A stretch of 64,000 bases of DNA, taken from the NCBI GenBank assembly GCA_963693365.1, contig CAVNZM010000016.1, forward strand, positions 1,495,538 through 1,559,537. The letters are read 5' to 3'. The stretch comes from Amoebidium appalachense. Lineage: Eukaryota > Protista > Ichthyosporea. Positions 1-35,888 of this stretch are shown here, piece after piece. The notes under the pieces are model-generated. The model made no database searches, was not told where the DNA came from, and worked only from the letters and a program-made list of their open reading frames with translations. The position numbers and the translations under genes are program-made. Numbering within the stretch: position 1 is the first letter of the stretch; every line of letters starts with the position of its first letter.

Positions 1-804
1 ATGGTTTTATTGGCTACGAATCCCGATATACTAGTTCTTGACTTTCGGGCGCGGTTCGTTTTTACTGGTTACAACGCGCGATATTTTATTTAGTATTCAA
101 ATTTTCATCATCAGTGGATGTACACGAAGGCATGAGCCGCATGACTGACCGCCATGTGCAACGGACGGGTTTCATTGGCTACCGCTCTTTAAGACACTGC
201 TTTTGATTGGCTGCATTGAAATCGGCAGGCTGCACGACTTGCACATTGGCTACGTATGAGCACGTGTGGGTGTTGAAACGGATATGCACCTGCAATGCAT
301 GTTTTTCCAGTGTACGTACATGTGTTTTTTTTCTTTTGGGTATAAACGTATGCTTGTTTAAAGTGTTTAAGTTTGGAATTTTCAATTTACTGCGTACCGT
401 ACGGGTGTACATACGTCACTAGCTGCATTTGATTGGCTGCGCTGGAAAACACAGTAGGCCGTCAAGTGAGGCTGGGCCCCTGACGCTGTCCGTAGCAATA
501 AATAGTGCGTAAACCCCCAATTTCAAATGTTTAAGTTTGTTTTTCAAAGCATGCTTCTCGACACAGGCATAATTTAGATTGTATGTTGTTGCTTTCGATT
601 TGCTTATTGGCTCGGCTCAGCCAAGTGCCCCCCGGGCACGGTCATTAGAAGCGTACACATACCATGGCATGCACTGCCTCTCTACGAATATATTCCAAAT
701 AAACACACCACACGAAGAAAACCCCTCTACCCTATCCTCCCCCTCCACTATCCTCAATGCGTGGGCGTGTGTTTGTGTACGTGTGTGTGTGTGGGTGTGG
801 GTGT

Positions 805-840
<36 letters not shown>

Positions 841-1218
841 ATGTATGTGTGCATGTGTGGGTGTGTCTGTGTGTGTGTGTGCCGTAGCCAATCAGCAAGA
901 GACTAGCTAAAGACGGGAATATGCAACACAGCTCGGGCGGGTGGGTGGGGCTAAGTAGGGGCCGACGGGGAAACAAAGCTTAGACGAGTAGAACGAGTTG
1001 CTGCCTATATACCATAGTCGGCTCCCTAGTGGCCACTGATTGTTGGAACACTATTCCAACCAATCAGTTGGCCTAACTACATCTCTAAATAGAGCTTGAT
1101 GAATCAAGCGAAGTATTTAGATATGTTGTTGCTATCTGCGACCACATTCTTAATTTACAGAAATAATACACAAAGCTGGATGGCAGGAGCGGCGCGGCGA
1201 GTGATTTTCGTCCAATCA

Positions 1219-1697
1219 TTAAGGGGGGCGGGTGCTGCCGTCCAATAGTAAGGCACGCATCTGCCAAGACCGGACACCGACCGGAAACACCACTAGATCT
1301 TCGGGGGCTATAGGTCCGTGTGGGCCTGTGCCATCCCTTGCATCACTGGCCACCATAAGGCGGTGTCCCACACCGGGACCACTAATATTCCCTGCGCACG
1401 TTCCCGCTGAATCTTCGCCACTGTCCGCTTGATCAACGGAAACGGTGGCGCCCACCAGCTGGGGGCCTGCCATTCGGTGGCAAGCCCATCCTGCCCACCG
1501 CTCACGGGGACCACTGCGGTCCATGTGTGAAACGTGGGTTTGACTGCTGTCACGGGTGTAGCAAACCGATCCACCGCCGTGTGCAATCCGAGTGTCTGCT
1601 CGATACGCTCGACCCCCCGCAGGGGTAACCGACCACTCGTGGCGAGGATCAATCCACGACAACCAATCCGCACGGTCGTTCACTTCGCCCGGAATGC
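1219..1697 (-). mobile_element. Degenerate DIRS-like (tyrosine-recombinase retrotransposon) pol fragment: RNase H C-terminus plus DNA N6-adenine methyltransferase-like domain, frameshifted
   Basis: Minus strand reads IPGEVNDRADWLSWIDPRHEW (DIRS RNase H end, hIPG..N..AD.LS). After a frameshift in the C-run near 1613-1618 it reads VDRFAT...DGLATEW..SWWAPPFPLIKRTVAKIQRERAQGILVVPVWDTALWWP, matching the DIRS MT-domain pattern D.FA...PPF.LI...L.K....IL..P.W....W.P. A second frameshift near 1310 leads to WQMRALLLD. No RT or recombinase is visible. Confidence 0.75.
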
Positions 1698-1933
1698 ATT
1701 AATATTCCCGGCCCCCCAAAAAACCTCGAACGAAATTCCCCGTCGGCCCCTACTTAGCTGTAGAGGGCCGACACACGGCAGGAGGCTCGGCTTAGCTCGG
1801 TAGGGCGGCGTGGCGCCCGGGTAGCAGTTGTGGAGCGTAATTGGCAGTGGTGGGTAAATCTAAATAGACATCTATTTGCGTAGGGGTGAGCTGCACCCAC
1901 GAGGTTTTTTTTTTTTGGGGGGATATTAATGCA
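1695..1933. mobile_element. MITE-like insertion with imperfect terminal inverted repeats
   Basis: tgcattaatattcccggccccccaaaaaacctcg (1695-1728) is the near reverse complement of cgaggt(n)ggggggatattaatgca (1900-1933). The left end coincides with truncation of the DIRS frame. Confidence 0.5.
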
Positions 1934-2681
1934 GGTTTTTGTTTATTTTATATGCGCCTCAATAGTCCCTGCATCCCCTTAAAGCTTTTCCGCTTTAAAA
2001 CTAAAAAAAAAAAAAGAGCATTGGGCTGGCTGGAACACCCTTGCAAGCTTTGATTTGCTTTTTTTTTGTTTTCAAATGGAATTCCCACTTATCGTGATAG
2101 TGTCCTTTTATGCTAAATATCTGATAGCCTAAATTTGTTGCCAACTGCTCAGATCCCCCCCCCCCCCCCCCCCCCCCCTCTTGACTTACCCGCACCGCAG
2201 CGGCTACACACATGCACAAGCATGCTCTCTGTGCAATTACCGACTAATAAATTGATTATGAGCAACCGAGATACGACAGAGGTACACACATGAATGTGGC
2301 ATATGCATCACACTCTAGACACAGCGTAGAAAGGGCTTTGCATCAGAAATTCAACACAGGGATGGGGAGAGAGAGGGGTCAGCGCTGAGAAATTTGGTAG
2401 GGGTCAGAGCATTTGATGATAAACTGGAGGGGGAGAGAGAGAAGGTGGGGGGGGGGACGGGGGTGCAGATCTCTCTTTCGAAAGGGTGGAGGGGAGGGGG
2501 GAGTGGGGGCCCCCAAAAGGGGGGAGGGGCACCGGGCGGGGAGGGGGGGGGGGGGGGGGGGGGGAGATGCACCTTGGGAGTTGATCTATTGTACGTATGT
2601 ATCACTGAGACCGGCCCTCAGGGGGGGAAGGGGGGGGGGGGGGGGGGGAAGAGAGAGAGAGAATCATGGGGGAAGGGGGGG

Positions 2682-2722
<41 letters not shown>

Positions 2723-3188
2723 TAAGGGAGGGAGAGCAAGGAACCCTGGCTAAGCCAAGAGTCTGGTCTGTGTCTCAAAACTAAAAGGGGTTTCCCCGTT
2801 ATTCAATTTACTAACATTATCATTGCATCTTGTTATAACTACACCACCTGTATCTGTTTGTTTTGTCGCTCAATCCCTTTCTAGTCTTCTCAGTTTTATT
2901 TGTCTACGGTGATATGATGTACATTCGTGAAATGACCGATATTAGGTTCACCAAAACACCCAACCAGAGGTGATACGAAATTTGCCATGCATTCAATGAA
3001 ATACAAAACAAACAAACAAAAAACAAAAAAAGCCGTGTGGGAACACGGCCCTAAATTAAAAACGGGAATAGAAAAAAAATATGCACATTTCTCACTCAAT
3101 AAATCTATCTGTCCTCTTGCTGCGTTGTCAAATGTTTTCTTATCCATGTACGGGAGTAGGGTGTACTGTATATACAGCTAAGAAACAG

Positions 3189-3219
<31 letters not shown>

Positions 3220-3404
3220 AAAACACACACACACACACCAGCCTTCGATCTTTCAACATGCATAAATAACCCCGCACCAAAAAAAACCCCTTAGGCTACA
3301 CGTAAGATGACTCGGGTATATATATAATCGAAAGTAGCTCTCAAGACGATAAAATGACTCTAATACCATACAAGGTAAGTCTCAAAACCTACGCTACACT
3401 GAAT

Positions 3405-23510
<20,106 letters not shown>

Positions 23511-23873
23511 CCAATCACAGAAAGGTTTGGGTGCGTTTGTGAGCCACTCCAGACGTGAGCCAGCTGGAGCACACAGAAAACACGAAGAGTGCTGCGTGGG
23601 TCACACTCACTAAGTTTGTGTGTATGCGTGTGTGCATCTAAAAAGTCAAAGAGGTGGCCACGCTTGGATCCCCCAAGGAGCTGCGCGCAGTTAAAACAGA
23701 GCATAGCCCACCTGTGCATCTCCCGTTTAAAATCCGGTTTTCCCCTTACTCCAAGTGGTAGAACCAGTCGTTGGTAGTGGTGCAGGTACAGAAACTTTCA
23801 CATCTTACGGCAGGTTGTTTGAGTATACTGAGTGAAAGATAAAGAGGTCAAAAGTACAAAAACAGCCGGAATT
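23511..23873. promoter_or_regulatory. Putative bidirectional promoter between GRAMD1-like and LYRM2
   Basis: Only ~363 bp of homopolymer-free sequence separates the divergent predicted start codons. Inferred from the gene models; depends on the uncertain GRAMD1 exon 1. Confidence 0.5.
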
Positions 23874-24642
23874 ATGGCTGGCCCACGCGCGATACCTCAG
23901 ATGGACCTTCGGCAGGTATGTCTGGTGTGTGGGGGGGTTTCCTCTGTGTTTGTGGGCACATGCTTGCTGTCTTTGTCTACATGCATACAGGCAAGGTCAA
24001 GAGTTGGTTCTTCATGTTTCTCACGCTCTTGGTTGACATCATGCGTGCACGTTTATGTCATCCGGAGCAAACCCTAGACACCTGACTCAGGCACGCACAA
24101 GCTCTGATTTGCTGATTCGCAGACACGAAAGGATTCAAACACTTGAGCTGATCCCCACTTCCCACCCCACCCAACGCCTCGTCTTTTTTGCTGAACTCGC
24201 CAACAGACAACCACAGACATGGTGGAAAGAGAATACTGCAAAGGGGCGGGGGAAGGGAGGGGGGGGGGAGGGGAGGGGGGAGGGGAAGGGCAAAGGGGAG
24301 AGGGGGGGGGGGGGGGGGGGGGGAAAGGGGGGGGGGGTGTGGGGGAAGGGGGGGGGGGGGGGAGGGGGCACTTGGGAAACAGGGAAGGAATTGGTGGTTT
24401 TGGGGGGGAAGGGGAAGGAGAGGGGGGGGGAGGGGGGACACACCTACAGAGACAGAAAGATAGGAAGACAGGCGGAGCGAGAGACAGAGAAAGGGAGCAA
24501 ACGTGTGCTTGTGTGTGAATGTGCATTTGAAATAAAGCGTGAGGATAGAGGAAAACTGGGGGGTGGGCGCTTGCGTGGGGAAGAAGGGGTTGAGGGGCGG
24601 AGTGAAGGGGGGGGGGGGGAGGGGGGGAAGGGGCGGAGGAGT

Positions 24643-24673
<31 letters not shown>

Positions 24674-25006
24674 GGGGGCACGTCTTGGTTTGTAAAGCCA
24701 ACCTTAATTAAACCAAACACACAAAAACGGGCACTTAGGCCGGATTTTTTTCATTACGATAATCGTAGGCTCTTCCTGCTCTTGCTTTTTGTCTCTTCTT
24801 TCTATAAAAAAAATATTCTTTCCTTCTTTCTCCCCGCCCTCCCCCCCCCTCCCCCCCCCTCCCCCCCCCCCCCCCCCCCCCCGCTTCCCGGAACCTGGTA
24901 TTCCCCTTCCCGCCTAAAACAGACTCTACACACTCCTTACCATTCGACATCCACATTTGTGGTATACGGCACAACCACTGGCATGTGTGTGCATGCATGC
25001 ACACAG

Positions 25007-25071
<65 letters not shown>

Positions 25072-25627
25072 AGTTAAGTTTTACGCCACACCTGTGCCAC
25101 TACTCACCCCCACAACCCCCCACACAGTTCATTGTCCGACGCGAGGTTCTCAATCTGTATCGGTCCTTCATGCGAGCCCTATCAGGTATTGAATTAGTCT
25201 GCATCCCATGACGTCACTCCTCTTCCCTCCCAGTAGTGTTTTGCAATGAGAAAATGTGCCAAAAAGAGGTGCAGAGGGGTGTTGGATTTAATGGCGCTGT
25301 TGTTTGGCAGGATATGCATTATATCTAATTCGTATATGCAAAAAGGTGTAATCGAACGACTAATTGAATGCATTTCGGTCCGTGCCACACATATCACTCA
25401 TAGGATCCCCCCTCCCCCCCCCCCCCCCCCCCCCCCCCCCAACACACACACACACACACACACACCTGCCAGCCCCAACAATGTTTGCCCATTCAGTTAA
25501 ACGGATGTATGGCTCATGCTGTCCTGTACTTTCTGTAACTCTTGGAGAAATGTTCGTTTCCGATAAAAAGAAGGGGGGGGGGGGGGGGGGGGGGGGGTGG
25601 GTGGGTGGGTGGGTGGAGGGGGTAGGG

Positions 25628-25675
<48 letters not shown>

Positions 25676-25773
25676 TTTAGCGGGTCGGGGAGAGGTTTTT
25701 GTTTTTGTATTTTTATTATTTTTTTTATAGGTCATATTGTTTGTGTGTGTGTGATGGGAAGAGGGGGGGGGAA

Positions 25774-25834
<61 letters not shown>

Positions 25835-26495
25835 CTTGCATCTATTTCTACAAGCTCGTGCACTGAATCTTGCTCCAGAGACGGGGAAGGTTGAAGAAGC
25901 AGTGAGAGGGGAGGAAGGGGGGGGGATAAAGGAGGGGAGAGGGGGAGGGGGGGGGGGGGGGGGGGGCTTGCATCTATTTCTACAAGCTCGTGCACTGAAT
26001 CTTGCTCCAGAGACGGGGAAGGTTGAAGAAGCAGTGAGAGGGGAGGAAGGGGGGGGGGATAAAGGAGGGGAGAGGGGGAGGGGGGGGGGGGGGGGGGGGG
26101 GAGCATTGTTCACAGATTCGGCGTTAACCTGTGAAGGAGAGGGAGGCAGAACTACCATTCAACTTGTTTTCCTCCCCTTTCAATCTTATAAACAGGTTTT
26201 TGTATGCTTCACAACATGACGGTCACCCGCTCGTTTTCTCTCCTATAATCATATGTGTGAACTTAGAAACGGCAATTGCTTAGATATATGAGCAGAACTG
26301 ACGCTCCTTCACACGTGACCGCATTGCAACACACACGCACATGTGCATGAACGTACGAATAAGACATGTAGATACACTCAGCTCAGCACACGAGCACACA
26401 CAAACACACACACATGTATGCAGTTATACGCAAACGCATGCGCACAGGCGGATACAGAAACACTTGCATGCACGCGAGTGCTCACACACGCGTGT

Positions 26496-26543
<48 letters not shown>

Positions 26544-26941
26544 ACAGGCATGTCAGACAGGGGGCACCGGAAGGAACTGAAGGACTTCGTAAAACACGAT
26601 TTTGTTCGAAACAAAGAAAAGACAGATCTGGTAATCCTTTATTCGTTTTCCTTGTTCCGTCGGCACTTTTTTGCCCTTTTCCTTTTTCTTTCTTGACTCG
26701 TTTTCATATTCTTTCTTTTCTCTTTTCTCTTTTCCCTTTTTTCCCTCTCTTTCTTTTCCCTTTTCGCCTTTTCTTTTCCTACTTTTCTCTCTTATCTCTT
26801 TCTATTTCACACCACATGTCTACATTTTTCTTTTTGACACCCACCCCACCTAATCTATCCACCACTTACACCATTACCCCACCTCGTGCCTATACCCTGC
26901 CTTTCACTTTTCATGTCGCCTTCCCCCTGTTCTGCTATCTT

Positions 26942-26984
<43 letters not shown>

Positions 26985-27469
26985 TTACAATCGGATCAAG
27001 CGGTGTTTAAGCTTGGTTTTGCGTGCAAGGTACAAATGTTAAAAAACGGTTACTGTGGATGCCTTGCCCATTCTCTGTATGTTGCTTTCCAACAGCAGCA
27101 TTGTTTTGTCCGTCATGAGTGTGTACTTCGTAACACATTCTACCCCCCCCCCCCCCCCCCCCCACACCCCCCACCACCGCCACCACCAATTGTTCCTGAT
27201 TGGCTCTACTGGTGTTGTTACTCTGTATGAATTTTGCTTTTCCCCTATGCACATCACTTAACGCGTTGTGAAATTTAACTTTGCGATGTGCACCGCTTTT
27301 TCCCCCCACCTGCCGCGGCCATCACAACCAGCAGCTCGCATCACCCACCTCAACTACCTCAAACAGCCATTCACCCATCATTATTCTTTACGCTTTTCTT
27401 GACTCGCCCAGTTCCCTGCATCGAGCATACTTGTTCGTTTCAGGTCCACCACCACCACCACCACCACCA

Positions 27470-27541
<72 letters not shown>

Positions 27542-27665
27542 CTTTTTTTTGCGTCTCCCGACTTTTTGTTCACCCCTGCAGGATCAAATCAAATTTCTGG
27601 TCACACACGGCAAGCAGGGTTTGAAAGAGCTGGAAGCGGCTGTGCAGCTGGCAGGTAAGAGGTGA
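23874..27665 (+). CDS. LYRM2: LYR-motif protein, LYRM2-like (mitochondrial Complex1_LYR family), 88 aa, 4 exons
   Basis: Exons 23874-23915, 25128-25185, 26548-26630 and 27582-27665 (all GT-AG, in phase) give MAGPRAIPQMDLRQFIVRREVLNLYRSFMRALSGMSDRGHRKELKDFVKHDFVRNKEKTDLDQIKFLVTHGKQGLKELEAAVQLAGKR*. It has the LYR motif, the downstream F..NK and the LKELE tail typical of LYRM2. Confidence 0.9.
25835..26100. repeat. Tandem duplication of ~130 bp in LYRM2 intron 2
   Basis: cttgcatctatttctacaagctcgtg...gaagcagtgagaggggaggaag occurs identically at ~25836 and ~25967, each copy bounded by poly-G. Confidence 0.9.
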
Positions 27666-27922
27666 GAACCACTACAAATATATCGGAAAATGTTGAACTG
27701 TATTAACGGGTCTGATTGTAGGCACTGCTCATTTCGTAAAGCACGCAGGGTTGTATATTATCCGTTCGATGGTTATTAGTATTCCGGTACATAGGCTGGG
27801 GAAGTCGCATGAACCTTAGGGTAAATGTGCTGAAAACATGAAATTCCCTTATGCATTGAGATTTCAAGCATTGCTCATTTCGTAAAACAGGAATACATTC
27901 GGTGGCTTCTTGCCTTTTCTTT

Positions 27923-27962
<40 letters not shown>

Positions 27963-28188
27963 CCTTCCCTTTTTACATTTAGTTAATCCTAATAGACTTG
28001 CAGCTTTCGACCTGAACTAGTGTCGTCGTGTACGGGCTGTAACAACAAGAGTGATGGATTGTTTGTTTGGTCGCCTTTTCTTTTCTTCGTCTTGAAAGTG
28101 AAGCTCTTCTTTTGCTCCTTGTATTACATTTTCTTCTACCCTGTTTAATTTTACGCTTTCAACCTGGCCACATGCGTGCGGGCGCGAG

Positions 28189-28308
<120 letters not shown>

Positions 28309-28973
28309 CACACTCACACACTCACACACTCACACACTCACACACGCACACACGCGCACACACACACACACACACACACATACACATACACACACACCTC
28401 CGTCTTCCCCCACATTCTTCCTTCCGGCTTTCCCTGTGGTGTTCTAGTTCTGATTCCCAAGCATATATGGCTTTTAAATTCATTATACTAATCCGGACCC
28501 TTGAACAAGTACGTGAAAACTGAGTTGTGTTGCTACGTTGAATGTAAGAACTTGCTCGAGGCTTCCATACAAAAGTGGGGTAGATGTAATGTTTTTTGAA
28601 CGTGTCATGGTTTTTCGTATAAACTGAAACATCCTCTCAAGTGGTGTGTCTTAGCATGAAATAAATAAAGGTGCGGATGTGTGACGGTTGAAGTCTGTAT
28701 GAATGTGTGGGTAAGAGTGTGTACACGAGTGAGCGTTGACCGTGCACGCGCCATAAAACTATGTCTGTGTGTGCGTGTGCATGTGCAGGGGTGTATGTGT
28801 GGTTATGTTTATGGGGCGACCAAAAGAAGGGGGGGGGGGGGGGGGGGGGGGTTAGTTGATGCAAGAGAGAGAAGACTGCTATACATATAGGCAGAACGGC
28901 AGACAGAAAAACAGCGAGAAACGGAGACCTTCTTCGAACCTTTCTCTCCCCCAGATACCCTCTCTCTGCAAAT

Positions 28974-29034
<61 letters not shown>

Positions 29035-29035
29035 A

Positions 29036-29069
<34 letters not shown>

Positions 29070-29215
29070 CTCCCTCCCCCTCTCTGTCTCTATCTCTCCG
29101 GTTCTCTTTCTCTCTCTCTCACAGCGTCTATCTGTTCCTCTCTCTCTCTCTCTAGATCTCTCTCTCTCTCTCTCAGTCTCTCTCTCTCTCTCTCCCCCTC
29201 GCTATCCCCCTCCCC

Positions 29216-29261
<46 letters not shown>

Positions 29262-29729
29262 CTCTCTCTCTCTCTCTCTATGTGTGGGTGTGTGGGTGTG
29301 CCTCTCTATCTCTTCCTCAGGCTCCCTCCCTTTCCCTCTCTTTCATTCTCTCCGGGGTTGGACGTCGACAGATCTATTCGAGCGGTTTGGTTGGGTAAAT
29401 ACTTCTGTATCCCAATAGCCATATATGGGCAATGCCAAGATGACTCCAACCTCGGGAATAAACCCTTCATGCTCATCAAGGGCTATCTGCGTAAGATGAC
29501 CAAGTTTTTTCTGCGCCCAGAAAAAGAAACATCAAAGGGATTTCTGTGCATTTGAATTTGAAAAAATCAAGCAACTTCTTTGCGTCTAAACCATAAAACC
29601 CTAGGGTTTTGTTAGTTTACTATAGCTATACAGGCACAGGACGCGAAATAACCTTTCAAACTTAATTGATTAAACTTCAACGAAACTTGCTTTTGGCTTC
29701 ATTTGTTTGTGCTAAAAAAGATTTCAAAG

Positions 29730-34189
<4,460 letters not shown>

Positions 34190-34223
34190 AATGAGCCGAT
34201 GTTAATTTTTCTTTTAGTAGATA

Positions 34224-34257
<34 letters not shown>

Positions 34258-34383
34258 CAAATAAATGTTTTTCTTGATTTGGATGGTATTACCATAGCTG
34301 AAGAAAACGTTCGATACACACACAACACCCTGCATTCATTCGATATAACACTTAGAGGGTTATACAACACCCCCCTCCCCCCC

Positions 34384-34414
<31 letters not shown>

Positions 34415-35232
34415 ACACATTCTCCCTCCTTACCCAAACATCCATCACCCACCCACCACCACCACCACCACCACCAATTTATGCCTGACTTGTGTCTGTG
34501 CCGCAGTAAACAGAGTAGATCTCTGTAGGTTGTCAGTCACTGTGCGATCTAACTCGTATTAATAATTTTGTATGTTGTGTTACGGTATATACTCTACATT
34601 GAACAGTCCCTTTATGATATATACTAGGATATATATATTGTTGAATCAAATGTGTGTACTGATTGGACGGCTCTTTTAAAACTGAATATCAGCCAAGGAA
34701 TTTTGTTAAATTTTATTCGATCTGAAATTTTCTTTTCCGGATCTAGTTTTTTGGTTTTTTCACATCTTTGGCAGCACACCAAAGCCATAAGGGTGAATCT
34801 CTGGGCACAGGATTTGCGATTGGCCTGTACATGTGCGCAAATTTAGAGGATATAGGTATAAATCTAGACATTTTCCAAAACAAAAATGATAATAAAAATC
34901 GAAGGACCATAGACAAACCGTTGAAGTGCTGAATAACAGTACGTGCGTGCGTGTATGCGTGTGTGTGCGTGTGCGTGTGCGTGTGTGTGTGTGTGCGTGT
35001 GTGTGCGTGTGTCACGGTGTGTGTGGGTGTGTGTGTGTGTGATAACATATTGGCAACATATGTGCATAGGTGAAGCTTCTATGGTATAACTGCCAGTGGT
35101 TATTTGACCTAGGGAGAGAGGGCTGCAAACTTTCGCAAGCAATAAATGATTCAGAAATTCAATTGCAATTATTATTGATCGCGAAATATTTGGGAAGAAT
35201 TTATATTCTATGACTCCCCCCCCCTCCCCCTC

Positions 35233-35263
<31 letters not shown>

Positions 35264-35335
35264 ACACACACGCACTAAAATAATCTGATAAATACGTTCA
35301 AACCCCCCCCCCCCCTCGAAAAACGTTCATTATTA

Positions 35336-35374
<39 letters not shown>

Positions 35375-35888
35375 AAAAAAAAAAAAAAAACGGGTGTGCC
35401 AGCCTGAGCCTTCAGCTACACAGGAGCCAAAAAAAAAAACCCAAGACCCAATCTACCGGCCCAAGTGCTAAAAAAAGAACAACCAGTTAAAAATTAGAAT
35501 TTTAATGAATAAAAAATTTAAAATTTAAAACTACCAAAAATTTAAAAAAGACTGAGATAAAATGAATATTACAAACCATATGCATGGTTATCAAAGCTGA
35601 TTGAATATATTATTGGAAAAATTAGGACAGATAAAAAGGAGAAGAGGAGGGACAAAGGATTTCAAACCGTTGCCAGCCAACGTCAAACACTGATATATCC
35701 ACAAATGCTTGAATATCTCGCCAATCCAAATATATCTCAGACACAATGACATACCAACGCTTTTATACGCAGCTGGCATAGTAGCTATACAAAAGTGCAT
35801 GCGGGCATGGCTTCCAGTCCTTTGGTCTCCAAACTCGCAACTTTCCGCCGGAGGTATGGCAGGCCTTCGTGAGCAACATTCCATCACC

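Noticed and set aside
2290-2320. Hairpin plus CTAG as a Helitron 3' end
   Set aside because: The hairpin is weak, CTAG is not followed by T, and no matching 5' end was found.
24091-24221. Exon-like open stretch ARTSSDLLIRRHERIQ... after LYRM2 exon 1
   Set aside because: LYRM2 is complete at 88 aa without it, and the candidate donor is out of phase with the next exon.
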